DNA of 64,000 nucleotides from Mobula hypostoma (taxonomy: Eukaryota). How positions within the stretch are numbered: the stretch's first letter is position 1; every line of letters begins with the position of its first letter. The translations under genes and the position numbers were made by a program. Below, piece by piece: positions 1 through 12,639 of this stretch. The stretch lies in NCBI RefSeq assembly GCF_963921235.1, contig NC_086108.1, positions 87,298,001 through 87,362,000 of the forward strand, in the 5' to 3' direction. The notes under the pieces are model-generated. The model ran no database searches, was not told where the DNA came from, and worked only from the letters and a program-made list of their open reading frames with translations.

Positions 1-19
1 AAGGCGTAAGATTTGATTT

Positions 20-885
20 TATTTCGAGATACAGGGCAGAACAGGCCGTTCTGGCACCACCCAGCAATGCATAGATTGAAGCCTCGCCTAGTCACAGGAC
101 AATTTACATTGACCAATTAACCTACTGTAACTGCACTGGTCCAATGAAATAATGGCCACGCAACATACAGATGTTCTTGAAGATTTATTTTTATTTCTCT
201 CTCTCTCTTTCTTCAGTAGACACCGTGAAAACTACAAGAAAATAAAGGACATAAAAGTTTGAAACATACGTCTCTCAGTCTTTTAAAGTCTCTCAAGCTA
301 GTGTCCGTCGATAAACAGGCCCAAACACGTTAGCACATCAGAAGTGTGCTGAAATCAAATAAATCACTAAAACGTATCACACTGTTCATATAAAGGCACC
401 TCAGCAACATTATATAAACAAATTTTAAAAGAAACAATTACTGTGTGCACCTCTTGGACCACATGCAGAATGAGGTTATTTTAGGGCCATGTGTCTTTCT
501 CTACTTCCATGTTGGTTCTGACCCATAATACCACAGTCATGCCTTTAGTGAACTCTGGTCATGTGACCCGTTAAACTCTGCATTAAATAAACCTTACATA
601 AAATATTTTAAGGTGATAAAATAATCATGAATTTATGACAAAAACATATAAAATAAACATCTCAATGAAATATGTCCCTGAGACAGTTACACCTACTAAA
701 CAGTACATCTTTGGACTGAGGGAGGAAACTGGAGCACCCGGAAGAAACCCATGCACACACAGAAGAACTTTCTTACAGAGGACAACAGAGAATTGAACTC
801 CGAACTCCAACACCCCAATCTGTAATAGCATCACACTACACTGTAATAGAATCACACTACATCACTACATTATCGTGGTGCCCAG
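20..885 (-). mobile_element. tRNA-derived SINE (V-SINE-like), split by a solo LTR
   Basis: The sequence ...gaccaattaacctac|taaacagtacatctttggactgagggaggaaactggagcacccggaagaaacccatgca... is continuous once 126-691 is removed. The same family recurs at about 39610, 41520 and 46870. Confidence 0.65.
126..691 (-). mobile_element. Probable solo LTR (566 bp)
   Basis: Ends TGTAACTG...CAGTTACA (8-bp perfect inverted repeat, TG..CA). Perfect 5-bp TSD CCTAC at 121-125 and 692-696. TTTATT near 184 gives AATAAA on the minus strand, so the strand call is tentative. Confidence 0.75.
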
Positions 886-1134
886 CCTTGGCAGCATTGT
901 CACATAGCTGGGTCCTGAAGAAAAACTTGTCTCTGCATAAGCAAATACTTCAGATTTTCCCTTCCAAGTTGTAGCTTGTTCGAAAAGTTGCGCACTGGCA
1001 TGGAATTCCCCATGATGAAGGCATTCATACAAAGGTATCCTACTAAACTGTACGGAAATAAGAATTCGAGGAGCACAAATTCAGTGCAGAGGTAGAAGCA
1101 GGTGGTGAAGAAATAAAACCAAAGGGCATTAGTT

Positions 1135-2060
1135 ACTTGTTCGTCCCTCATCGTTGTCGATGAAGACCTTGACACCATTAGTCCCTTTGAGACTGGATGC
1201 AGTGCGTCTGAAGATGACTGGTCAGGCCAATTTGGGCACGAAACGTCCTGGAACATGTTGGATAGACATGTGTAGGCACTGCAGTTGTTGTGCTGGTGGG
1301 TCTGGACTTGTGCAGCTCGCTGTATGTTGTGCTTCAGCAATGCGCCTTGCTTCGTAAGCTTGACAGCCCTTGTGGATGAGGCCGCGTCAGGTAGGGTGGC
1401 TTTGTGTCAGCGTTTCCCAGGTGGTCGTGTCTATGTCAAGGGACTTCAGGGAGGCCTTTAGTGTGTCTTTGTAACGTTTCTTCTGTCCTCCATGCGAGCG
1501 TCTTCCAGCAGAGAGTTCCCCAAAAAGGAGCTGCCTGGGTAGGCGCTTGTCCGGCATGCGGATGACATGATCTGCCCACCGGGTCTGAGCTCTCATCAGC
1601 AGTGTGTGGACTGATAGTAGACTTGCTCTAGAGAGAACTTCAGTGTCTGGTACTTTATCTTGCCATCTGATGCCTAATATTCTGTGAAGACAAGTCATGT
1701 GGAAATGGTTGAGCTGTCTTGCATGCATTCAATACAGTACACAGTCCACGTTTCACAGGCATACAGGAGGGTAGTGAGTACCACGGCTCTGTAGACCTTC
1801 AGTTTTGTTGCAGGACTGATTCCTCGGCGTTCTCACACAGTGGAGCGCAGTCTACGGAAAGTAGAACTCGCCTTTGCTATTCTGCAGTTAACTTCTATAA
1901 CAATAGTCACTGCTCGGGAGAGGGTGCTGCCAAGGTAGGTAAACTGGTCAACTGCCTGTAGTTTCTGTCCTTCAATTGTGATTTCCGGTTCTGCGTACGG
2001 TGCATGAGGAGTAGGCTGGTGTATGATTTCGGTCTTTTTGATGTTGATGAAAGCACACAC
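1135..2060 (-). mobile_element. RTE-clade LINE 3' fragment (RT C-terminal region, decayed)
   Basis: ORFs 1833-2060 (INIKKTE..VDQFTYLGSTLS) and 1387-1728 (FHMTCLHRILGIRWQDKVPDTEVL..RWADHVIRMPDKRLPRQLLFGEL..GGQKKRYKDTLK) are typical of RTE/BovB-type proteins. A C2H2-like remnant follows. Confidence 0.85.
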
Positions 2061-2610
2061 GTTTTCTTTCTAACTTCCATCGAGGTGCAGCCTCTGTACT
2101 CTGTATGGACCTCTTTAATTGTACTCTGGTGGATAAAGGGGAAAGAGTAATGGACAGCAGCAGAAGGTTCTAAAAGCAGCAGGAGAGCAAGACAGCTTCA
2201 GGGAAGGCAGCAGGAATGAGATCTCCTTGTAGTAGGTCTTCCCAGCTCAGAGGATGCATGAATCACTCTCCTGGGCCATCAGAGGAACAGTGCTTCCGGA
2301 GGCTGAGACAGCCCAGGCAGGTGACCACGGGTCCTTGGTAGAAGACCTCAGGGCTGCCTGAAACAAGTTCCTTAAATAATCTTCTGATAGCTTTTATACT
2401 GTTCAGGAACGATTGCACACAGTTATTGCTTCAATACACAATAAAATGCTGGTGAAAACAACAGGATGGGCAGTGCTGTGTCTAATATTGAAGGCACAAG
2501 TGATAACTGGTTAAGATAAACATTTATTTGCAAAGACAAATTATAAACATACATAGCCTGAAGTACAAACAGTGAACTCGTGTATTCAAATAGGTTAACC
2601 TCAATTATAT

Positions 2611-2918
2611 TGTTAAGTTCAATTAAGTTAGTTTATTTTTGTTCTTCCGCCTAAACTTTTAATTAACTTATTTTAATTCACCTTAATTAAACATATCATG
2701 TCTTTGTTTTTAATTAATTTAAATATTATTTGTGTGGTGATATGACGTGTAAGAACATGATTAGAGAGTGTTCTGAGCATGCGCGGGGGTGATAGAACGA
2801 TCAAGAAACATGGTATTGTAAAAACGTTGTGGTTGTTGTTAAATAAAAGTTCTAGTTCAAACAGAAGATGGTTCTTTATTAGTAACCCACGGTACGTATG
2901 AATATAAAGAACACAACA
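2611..2918 (+). mobile_element. Possible short solo LTR
   Basis: TGTTAAGTTC...GAACACAACA (8/10 inverted match, TG..CA), internal AATAAA near 2842, near-TSD ATAT/ATTT. Confidence 0.45.
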
Positions 2919-3175
2919 ATTTGAATATTTTTAAACTGTTTTCATTCACCTCTGAATATCAGAGCATTTAAAAACAGTGAAAATCCCTTTGTAATCAACC
3001 CATGTTGGGGCAGACTCCAGTAGGATGGATTCAGCAGGCAGGTAAGGGTAGCCACAGGTCCAGTGCAGTGCACATGCAATGTAAGTTTAAAGATTTAAAA
3101 TTCAAGTTTGTTTAACACTTCAAGATTCTTTTATGTCTTTAAATGGTTTAAATATTAGGTTTATTTATCGCTGTA

Positions 3176-5023
3176 CAGTAATGCTGTGAATCCTGTAGAA
3201 TTTTCTCTATTTCTCCATAAATATGACCTAAAATATGATCAGATCTTCACATGTTCTAAAACTAGATAAGGAGAACACAATTCAATAAATAACACAAAAA
3301 CATTATACATGTTCATTTATTTATTGAGAAAAATTATCCAATATTTCATGTATTTGTTAGAAAAAGGATGTGAACCTCTGGGGTAATGCCTTCTACAAAA
3401 GCTATATGGAGACAGGTGTTCAATGAGATCAGATTGGAGGTGTGGGTTGTAGGGGTGCCGTGCTCTATAAAAAAGACACAAAGCCAGGTTACTGACAGAG
3501 CCCATTCTTCTCAAGAAAGGTGTGTTTATGTACAGCATGCCTTGATCAAAACAACTTTCAGAGCATCTTAGAAAAAGAATTGTAGACATGCATGAAGCTG
3601 GAAAAGGCTTCAAAATCATTTCTAAAGATCTGAGTGATCATCAGTGCACAGTAAGAGAAATTGTCCACCAATAGAGGAAACTCAGTACTCTACTGTTGCT
3701 ACTCTCCCTAGGAGTGGGCATCCTGCAAAGATAACACTAAGAGAACAATAAATCCCATGGGTAACAGCAAAAGACCTGCAGAATTTTCTAGGACTTGCTA
3801 AAATCTCTGTTCACGTGGTCACCATAAGAAAAAACACTGAACAGGAATGGTGTTCATGGAAGGCAACACAGAGCAAATCGCTGCTCTCCAAATAGAACAT
3901 TGCTGCATGTCTCAAGTTTGCAGAAGGATGTTCTACAATGCTTCTGTGGACAAATGAGACAAAAGTTGAACTTCTTGGCAGAAGTGCACATTGCTATGCT
4001 TGGAGTAAAAAGGGCACTGCACACCAGTACTAAAACCTCATCCTAACTGTGAAGCACGGTGGAAGGAGCATCATGGTTTGGGGCTGCTTTGCTGCCTCAG
4101 GGCCTGGACCGCTTGCAATCATTGAGGAAACAAATTCAAAACTGTATCAAGACAATTTTACAGGAGAATGTCAGGGTAGCAGTCCATCACCTGAAGCTTA
4201 ATAGAAGTTGAATAATGCAACAAGACGATGAGCCGAAAAACAAGAGTAAATCAACAACTATAAAGTCTATAAAGAAGAAAATTCATGTTTTGGGATGGCC
4301 AAGTCAAAGTTCTGACCTTAATCCTATAGTAATGAACAAGTATAATGTTTTGTGTTATTTATTTATGTAGCCTGGGGAAAAGTACACGCTCAGGACAACA
4401 AAAACTTTTTCGGGTTTTAATTCCTTTATCGGTTTTCGATGTTTAAGTGCCAGAAGGGGGTCGCGAAACAAAACGTACGAATTTACAACCAGTTCTTGCC
4501 TTTACAATCTCAGTTTAACTTCCGATTCACACCCTTGTGTATGGACAGAATTGCGTATGCAGAATAAAAATACCAGAACTAATGCAGTACTAATACGGTA
4601 CAAATACAGTACAAATACGGTAGTGGCAATCCTACTTGGATAATGAGGAATTTGGTATAAGCCACGCCACCCAGCGTTGATGTCTTCACTCGTGGAAATC
4701 TTTCCTCACCATGCCCAGCACACTCTGGGAGAGACCGACTCCAATGCACCACCAGCGTCTTCAGCAGAAAACAAAATGGTCTCCCCACTATCCCGCGCGT
4801 GCATAATAACATCACCGTCTCCCTTAAAGGCACAGACAACTATTCTAGCATTACCCAGATGGATGCCTAAGTACATTTTTAACGATACTGAATAAGATCC
4901 GACAGTCACCCGGTTATATTTAATTTGGTTCTTTTTATCTAGTTTTAGAACTTGTGTAAAGATCCAATCACATTTTAGGTCATATTTATGCAGAAATAGA
5001 GAAAATTCACACTTTCATCACTG
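3176..5023 (+). mobile_element. Tc1/mariner DNA transposon with decayed transposase
   Basis: TA flanks at 3174-75 and 5024-25. Long imperfect TIRs (3176-~3320 vs ~4331-5023, right TIR interrupted). Transposase remnants from about 3537: RKRIVDMHEAGKGFKIISKDL, ETKVELLG, TVKHGGRSIMVWGCFAASG, QQDDEPK, WPSQSSDLNPI, with stops and frameshifts. Confidence 0.9.
4366..4918. mobile_element. Probable solo LTR inserted in the right TIR of the Tc1
   Basis: Interrupts the TIR cleanly. Ends TGTAGCCTGG...CCGGTTATA (degenerate TG..CA inverted ends). 4-bp TSD TTTA at 4362-65 and 4919-22. CpG-richer than its flanks. Confidence 0.6.
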
Positions 5024-5025
5024 TA

Positions 5026-5335
5026 CATCAAAACATTGAAACATACAGCTAAATGCGTCATTTTGCAGCAAACCTAATCAGCAAGGATTGTGCTGGGGGC
5101 AGCCTGCAGATGTTGCCAAGCTTCCAGTGCCAACTTAGAAGCCCACTGCTTACCAACCGTAACCCTAACTGTATGTCTTTAGAACGTGGGAGGAACCCAG
5201 ATCACCTTAGGAAATCCATGTGGACAAGGGGAGAACATAGAAACTTCTAATGGACAGTAGCAGGAATCAAGCTCTGATCGGTGTTAGCTGCCTCTGTAAA
5301 GTGATAGTGCTAACTCTTAGGCTATTGTGCCATGC
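5026..5335 (-). mobile_element. SINE (host of the Tc1 insertion)
   Basis: Continues the sequence left of the Tc1 (tttatttatcgctgta|catcaaaacattgaaacatacag). Related copies at about 54930-55170 (+) and 58460-58740 (-). Confidence 0.5.
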
Positions 5336-5371
5336 AATGTAGAGCAGAGCAGAGGGCCGGGAAGAATGGTC

Positions 5372-6700
5372 AGCCAAGACCCTTCAGCGAGACTGGGGAA
5401 AATAAAGGTGAGTAGATTTAAAAGGTGGGGGAAGGGAAGGGAGAAACACAAGGTCACAAGGTGATAGGTGAAACCGAGAGGGGGAGGGGCGGAGTAAAGA
5501 GCTGGGAAGTTGATTGGTGAAAGAGATACAGAGCTGGGAAAGAAGGAAGTGTCTAATAGGAGAGGAGAGAAGGCCCTGGAAGAAAGAAAAGGGGGGAGGA
5601 GCACCAGAGATGGGCAGGCAAGGAGATAAGGTGAGAGACAGAAAAGGGGATGGGGAATGGTGAAGGAGGGAGCGGGCATTACCAGAAATTCGAGAAATTG
5701 ATACTCATACCATCAGGTTGGAGGCTACCCAAATGGAATATAAGATGCTGTTCCTCCAACCTGAGTGTGGTCTCATCGCGACAGTAGGGGAGGCCTTGGA
5801 TGGACATGTCAGAATGGGAATGGGAAGTGGAATTAAAATGGGTGGCCACTGGGAGATCCTGCTTTTCTGATGGATGGAGCGTAGGTGCTCAGCTAAGGGG
5901 TCTCCCAATCTACATCAGGTCTCATCGATATACAGGAGGCCACACCATATATGACCCCAACAGACTCACAGGTGAAGTGTCACCTCACCTAGTGGAACTG
6001 TTTGGGGCCCTGAATGGTAGTGAGGGAGGAGGTGTAGATGCAGGTGTAGGACTTGTTCTGCTTGCAAGGATAAGTGTTAGGAGGGAGATCAGCAGGGAGA
6101 GACGAATGGACAAGGGAGTCGCATAGGGAGCGTTCCCTGCAGAAAGCAGTAAGTTGGGGGGAGGGGAGGGAAAGATGTGTTTGCTGGTGGGATCCCGTTG
6201 GAGATGGTGGAAATTGCAGAGAATTACGTGCCCCAAACTGTGGTGCAATGAGACTACACTCAAGCTGGAGGATTTATTGAATTTCCAGTAATGCCCCCCC
6301 CCACTTCACCATTCCCCATCTGCTTTTCCTTCTTTCACCTTATCTCCTTGCCTGCCCATCTCAGGTACTTCTCCCCCTTTTTCTTTCTTCCAGGGCCTTC
6401 TGACCTTTTCTATCAGATACGCTCTTCTCCAGCTCTGTATCTCTTTCACCAGTCAACTTCCCAGCTCTTTACTTCACCAATCAGCCTCCCGATTTCACTT
6501 ATCGCCTTGTGTTTCTCCTTCCCCTCCCCCCACCTTTTAAATCTACTCCTCATCTTTTTTTCCTCCAGTCCCACTGAAGAGTCTTGGCCCGAAATGTCGA
6601 CTGTACTCTTTTCCTAGATGCTGCCTGGCCTGCTGAGTTCCTCCAGCACTTTGTGTGTGTTGCTTGGATTTTCAGCATCTGCAGATTTTCTCTTGTTTGT
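5372..6700 (-). mobile_element. Penelope-like element fragment (GIY-YIG end) with an inverted copy of its terminal repeat
   Basis: Minus-strand remnants GDPLAEHLRSIHQK and HLQRDPTSKHIFPSP at 5705-6232. The purine-rich 3' region 5372-5700 is mirrored by the pyrimidine-rich 6282-6700 on the plus strand. Confidence 0.8.
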
Positions 6701-6767
6701 GATTGGATATTGTGCTGACCTGTTCAACAACAGAGTAATTCAGATAAAATGGGATGTCTTTGGCACT

Positions 6768-8104
6768 ATGGGAAAGCTGTTGGAAAAGATTCTTAGAGAT
6801 AGGATCTATGGGCATTTAGAGAATCATGGTCTGATCAGGGACAGTCAGCATGGCTTTGTGAAGGGCAGATAATGTCTAACAAGCCTGATGGAGTTCTTTG
6901 AGGAGGTGACCAGGCATATAGATGAGGGTAGTGCAGTGGATGTGATCTACATGGATTTTAGTAAGGCATTTGACAATGTTCCACACAGTAGGCTTCTTCA
7001 AAAAGTCAGAAGGCATGGGATCCAGGGAAGTTTGGCCAGGTGGGTTCAGACTTGGCTTGCCTACAGAAGGCAGAGGGTCACGGTGGAGGGAGTACATTCG
7101 GATTGGAGGATTGTGACTAGTGGTGTCCCACAAGGATCGGTTCTGGGACCTCTACTTTTCGTGATTTTTATTAACGACCAGGATGTGGGGGTAGAAGGGT
7201 GGGTTGGCAAGTTTGCAGACGACACAAAGGTTGCTGCTGTTGTAGATAGTGTAGAGGATTGTCGAAGATTTGCAGAGAGACATTGATAGGATGCAGAAGT
7301 GGGCTGAGAAGTGGCAGATGGAGTTCAACCCGGAGAAGTGTGAGGTGGTACACTTTGGAAGGACAAACTCCAAGGCAGAGTAAATGGCAGGATTTGGTAG
7401 TGTGGAGGAGCGGAGGGATCTGGGGGTACATGTCCACAGATCCCTGAAAGTTGCTTCACAGGTGGATAGGGTAGTTAAGAAAGCTTATGGGGTGTAAGAT
7501 TTCATAAGTCGAGGGATAGAGTTTAAAAGTCGAGGGGTAATGATGCAGCTCTATAAAACTCTGGTGAGGCCACACTTGGAGTACTGTGTCCAGTTCTGGT
7601 CGCCTCACTATAGGAAGGATGTGGAAGCATTGGAAAGGGTACAGAGGAGATTTGCCAGGATGCTGCCTGGTTTAGAGAGTATGCATTATGATCAGAGATT
7701 AAGTGAGCTAGGGCTTTACTCTTTGGAGAGAAGGAGGATGAGAGGAGACATGATAGAGGTATACATGATATTAAGAGGAATAGATAGAGTGGATAGCCAG
7801 CGCCTCTTCCCCAGGGCACCACTGCTCAATACAAGAGGACATGGCTTTAAGGTAAGTGGTGGGAAGTTCAAGGGGGATATTAGAGGAAGGTTTTTTACTC
7901 AGAGAGTGGTTGGTGCATAGAATGCACTGCCTGAGTCGGTGGTGGAGGCAGATACACTAGTGAAATTTAAGAAACTACTAGACAAGTATATGGAGGAATT
8001 TAAGGTGGAGAGTTATATGGGAGGCAGGCTTTAAGGATTGACACAACATTGTGGGCTGAAAGGCCTGTACTGTGCTGTACTATTCTATGTTCTATGTTCT
8101 ATGT
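6768..8104 (+). mobile_element. CR1 LINE, 5'-truncated (RT region and 3' end)
   Basis: [58 protein letters not shown]. 3' (TTCTATG)n microsatellite tail. Stops and frameshifts present. Confidence 0.92.
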
Positions 8105-8269
8105 CATCCAGTGTAATTTCCCAATGTCAAATGCGCTTCCAGCACAGCATGCAGGAGTGCTGCAGCAAAATGCATGTTAATTGGATCAGCTGGCAGAGTT
8201 CTGAACCATTGATCTAAAAGTGAGCAGGTAAGATTGAACTGCTGGTCAGGCTACATCTGTGCATCTACA

Positions 8270-9282
8270 TCCACAATCTGTGCGGATTGGTGATAACGTA
8301 TCCTCCTCGCTGACAATCAACACTGGCACACCTCAAGGGTGTGTGCTTAGCCCATTGCTCTACTCTCTATATACGCATAGCTCAAATACCATCTACAAAT
8401 TTGCTGACGATACAACCATTGTTGGTAGAGTCTCAGGTGGTGACGAAAGGGCATACAGGAGTGAGATATGCCAACCAGTGGAGTGGTGCCACAGCAACAA
8501 CCTGGCACTCAACGTCAGTAAGACAAAAGAGCTGATTGTGGACTTCAGGAGCAGTAAGACGAAGGAACACATACCAATCCTCATAGAGGGATCAGAAGTG
8601 GAGACAGTGAGCAGATTCAAGTTCCTGGGTGTCAAGATCTCTGAGGATCTAACCTGGTCCCAACATATCGATATAGTTATAAAGAAGGGAAGATAACAGC
8701 TATACTTTATTAGGAGTTTGAAGAGATTTGACATGTCAACAAATACACTCAAAAACTACTATAGTTGTACCATGTAGAGCATTCTAACAGGCTGCATCAC
8801 TGTCTGGTACGGAGGAGCTACTACACAGGACTGAAAGAAGCTGCATAGGTTGTAAATCTAGTCAGCTCCATCTTGGGTACTAGCCTACAAAGTACCCAAG
8901 ACATCTTCAGGGAGCTGTGTCTCAGAAAAACAGCGTCCATTATTAAGGGCCTCCAGCACCCAGGGCATGCCCTTTTCTCACTGTTACCATCAGGTAAGAG
9001 TTATAGAAGCCTGAAGGCACACATTCAGTGATTCAGGAACAGCTTCTTCCCTTCTGCCATCCGATTCCTAAATGGACATTGAATCTTTGGACACTACCTC
9101 ACTTTTTTTTAATATATAGTATTTCTGTTTTTGCACTTTTTAAAAATCTATTCAATATATGTATTAGACTTACTTGTTTTTTTCTCTGCTAGTTTATGTA
9201 TTGCATTGAACTGCTGCTGCTAAGTTAACAAATTTCACGTCACATACTGGTGATAATAAACTTGATTCTGATTCTGATTCTG
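8270..9282 (+). mobile_element. Rex1/Babar-type LINE 3' fragment
   Basis: TINTGTPQGCVLSPLLYSLYTH, YKFADDTTIVG, NLALNVSKTKELIVDFR, FKFLGVKISEDLTWS. AATAAA followed by a (TGATTC)n tail. Confidence 0.85.
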
Positions 9283-9490
9283 ACGTTTTGAATGGAGACT
9301 CTTCATCAGGATTGAGAATGTAGAGAGAAATAACCAGTATAAAGGGGCACATGGGGAGGGTGGTACAGGAGTTGGTAGGTGAGAGAAGAAAGCAGATGAG
9401 GGGGGAGATGATGGGTACATGGGGTCAGGCTGGGGAGGGGAAGAGGAGAGTTTAGAGATAGAGGCTAGTGGGTGATAGGTGGAAAACAAG
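9281..9490 (-). mobile_element. Old PLE terminal-repeat fragment with decayed hammerhead
   Basis: Reverse complement reads atcCTGATGAagagtctccattcAAAAcgtc. It adjoins the purine-rich PLE 3' region. Confidence 0.55.
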
Positions 9491-9504
9491 TTTGTGGTTG
9501 AATT

Positions 9505-9700
9505 AGGTGCCACAGTGTACAGTTATTTAAACCACTGCCTCCAGTGACCTGGGTTCAATCCTGACCTCTGGTGCTGTCTGTGTGGAGTTTGCATGTTTTC
9601 TCCAAGTGCTCTGGTTTCCTCCCACATTCACCCAAGGTCAGGACAGAGCCCAGGGTGCTGTGGCTGTGAGGCAGCAGCTGCACCACCATACCACACAATG
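9505..9700 (+). mobile_element. tRNA-derived SINE head (V-SINE/HE1-like)
   Basis: B-box-like GGGTTCAATCC followed by gtctgtgtggagtttgcatgtt...ggtttcctcccacat. Confidence 0.6.
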
Positions 9701-9977
9701 TGGTTAAATATCTTCTCCTGAGTGCCATTATGAAAATGAATATCAGCATTGGCAACTACGTATAACTTTGAATAAGTAAGTAAGGGTGACCTAACCCAAC
9801 TGTTCAGTCCTAATTATTAACGAGAAGGTAGTCCAAAACACGAGTTGCCTTGGTTATACGGTACTTACTGAATCCAAAGTAATGATTATTTTAATACCTG
9901 TGGACACCCGGGTGCTAAAGAGTTAGTAAAAATCAAAAGGAAAGAAAACAAAGTGAAAATGCAACTAGTAATTTTTA

Positions 9978-10166
9978 ACAAAATGCTGGAGGAGCTTAGC
10001 AGGTCTGGCAGCATCTATGGAAAGGAATAAAGGTATGATATTTTGGGCCAAGACCCTTCATAGGACCATGATTCTGTTCCATGCATGTTGCCTGACCTGC
10101 TGTGTTCTTCCAGAATTTTGTGTGTGTTACTTTGAATTTCCAGCATCAGCAGAATCTCTGGTGTTT
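9978..10166. repeat. Short fold-back of PLE terminal sequence
   Basis: acaaaatgctggaggagcttagcaggtctggcagcatctatggaa is inverted to ttccatgcatgttgcctgacctgctgtgttcttccagaattttgt. Confidence 0.7.
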
Positions 10167-11034
10167 ATAACATTTTAAATGTATAACTATGGAAACCGTG
10201 TTGCTGACAGCAGAGCAAATGCCACCTTTTTCACTGCCACTTGAAACTGGTAAATGTAGAAGGGATGAGGGTTGTATCTCTATAGAATTAAGACTGAAAG
10301 AAATGGTCTAGTTGGTACTTCACTGTCCTTTACAGGTACAAGTGTTCCATCTAACATTCTTGACCCTCCAAAAAGCACCAACTCACTTGGATTAGCTTAT
10401 AGAGCAACCTCAATTCTACTTGCTCTCAGTTCTTCCAGACTTTCCCTTAGACATTTTCTGGGAAATGCTTAATATTACAGATGTCGCTTACCATTAAGCT
10501 GCAAATGACAAATGTTGTAAGATCGTTGTTTTCTTTGAAATCCCCTCATTATCTCTGAAAGAAGCACACACACATAACAACACTATTGATTCCGAACAGA
10601 AATGAGCCTGTTACATATTGAGACCGTTTCCAAAATGGGCTATTTCCTTACCTTGCAGAACATCTGTCAAAAAGCATTAACATCACCTTGTATAAGAATT
10701 AATGAAGATAGTTGCAGCATGCCATGGGATTGCTGAGGGACTGGACTATGACTTGTCACTACCACAGAAGGATTTACATTGATTTCATCATGATTTAAAT
10801 TTATTTGATACATTTGCTTGGATTATTCTTCTCAATACGCTGACCATCAACATATTTATAAACCAACACAAACTGAATTATATAATTACAAGCAAGTACT
10901 ACAGGGTCGCAGGTTGTTCCAGCTCCATTTGGTGACATGACCCCACTGTTTGCCAAATTCCCAATGACTCCAGACACAAGCAGAGAAAAACTAGTGTTTT
11001 ATATAGTTCAGTCAAACTTCCTGGAATTGATTAA

Positions 11035-12587
11035 CACAAAAAAAGGTCTGCAGATTCTGGAAATCCAAAGCAACACACACAAAATGCTGGAGAAACTCGG
11101 CAGGTCGGGTAGCATCCATGGAAATGAATAAACAGTCGATGTTTCAGGCCAAGACGCTTCTTCAGGACTAAAAAGAAAGGAGGAAGATGCCAGAATAAAA
11201 GGGTGGGGGAACAAGGAGAATAGCTAGAAGGTGACAGGTGAAGCTGGATGAGTAGGAAAGGTAAAGGGCTGGAGAGGAAGGAATCTGATGGGAGAGGAGA
11301 GTGAACTTTAGGAGGAAGGGCACCAAGGGGAGGTGACAGGCAAGTGAGAAGAGGTAATGGCCAGAGGGGAGAATTGAAGAAGAGGGAGGAGGAAGGATTT
11401 TTTTTACTGGAATGAGAAATCAATATTGTTGTCATCAGTTTGGAAGCTACCCAGACAGAGTATAAGGTGCTGCTCTTCCTCCTTGAGGGTGGCTTCATCT
11501 TGGCACAAGAGGCCATGGACGACATGCTGGAACTAAAGGGGGAATTGGAACTAAAATGTTTGGTCACTGGGTAGTTCTGCTTCTGTCAGATGGAGTGGAG
11601 GTGCTCGAAGAGCGGTCCCCCAATTTAAAACAGGTCTCAGCAATATAGAGAAGGCTGCATCGGGAGTACCGGGCGCAATAGACTGCCCCAGTAGATTCAC
11701 AGGGGAAGTGTTGCCTCACCTGGAAGGACTGTTTGAGGCCCTGAATAGAGGTGAAGGAGGGGATGAATGGGCAGGTGTAGCACTTTGGCCACTTGCAAGG
11801 ATTGGTGCCGCGAGAGTGATTACTGGGGAGGGACGAATGGACGAGGGAATGACGGAGGGAGTGATCCCTACAGAAAGCAAAGAGACGGGGTGGTAAAGGT
11901 ATGTTTTGTGGTAGGATTCCTTTGGACTTTAGGGAAGTTACGGAGAATGATGTGTTGGATGAGGAGACTCATGGAGTCATAGGTAAGGACAAGAGGAACT
12001 CTATCACCGTTAAGGCAGCGGGGAGATGTTTGGGAAATGGTTGAGATGCGGGTGAGAGCAGCATCAACAGTGGAGGAAGAGAAAGGAAGGAAAACATCTT
12101 TGATGTCCTGGAAAGGGAAACCTCACCCTGGGAATAGATACAGTGGAGCCAAAGGTACTGAGAAAAGGAAATAGCATTTTTACAGGAGACAGAGTGGGAA
12201 GAGGCCTAGTCAAGATAATCCTAGGAATCAATAGGTTTATAAAAAGATGGTGTTGACAGTTTGTCTCCAGAGATGGAGACAGAGAGATCGAGAAAGTGGA
12301 GGGAGATGTCAGAAATGGACCAAATGAATTTTAGGAAGCTGGAGGCAAAGGTGATGAAATTGAGAAACTCAGCACGGGTGCATGAAGCAACACAAATGCA
12401 GTCGTCAATGTAGAGGAGGAAGAGTTGGGGAACATTACCAGGGAAGGCTTGGAACATGGACTGTGCTACATAGCCAACAAAGAGACAGGCATAGCTGCAG
12501 CCCATGCAGGTGCCCATGGCTTCCCCTCGAGCCAGGATAAGGTGGGAGGAACCAAAGGGAAAAGCTGCTGAGGGTCAGGACAAGTTC
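11035..12587 (-). mobile_element. Penelope-like element, decayed (RT, GIY-YIG and terminal repeat)
   Basis: MGTCMGCSYACLFVGYVAQSMFQ..YIDD..FLDLSVSI at 12221-12517. GIY-YIG remnants at 11430-11750. Hammerhead motif at 11134-11169. Confidence 0.85.
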
Positions 12588-12639
12588 TAATGTTCATAAA
12601 GCCCAGGATCCTTTGTACTTGAAGACATTAAGCAACATT

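Noticed and set aside
820..870. 21-bp tandem duplication in the SINE head
   Set aside because: Ordinary slippage duplication.
2100..2380. GC-balanced stretch as a coding exon
   Set aside because: The frames I translated contain stops or give no recognisable peptide.
10640..10680. 12-nt minus-strand microexon (ttttgacAG ATGTTCTGCAAG GTAAG)
   Set aside because: Splice-like motifs only, with a short pyrimidine tract and no supporting gene context.
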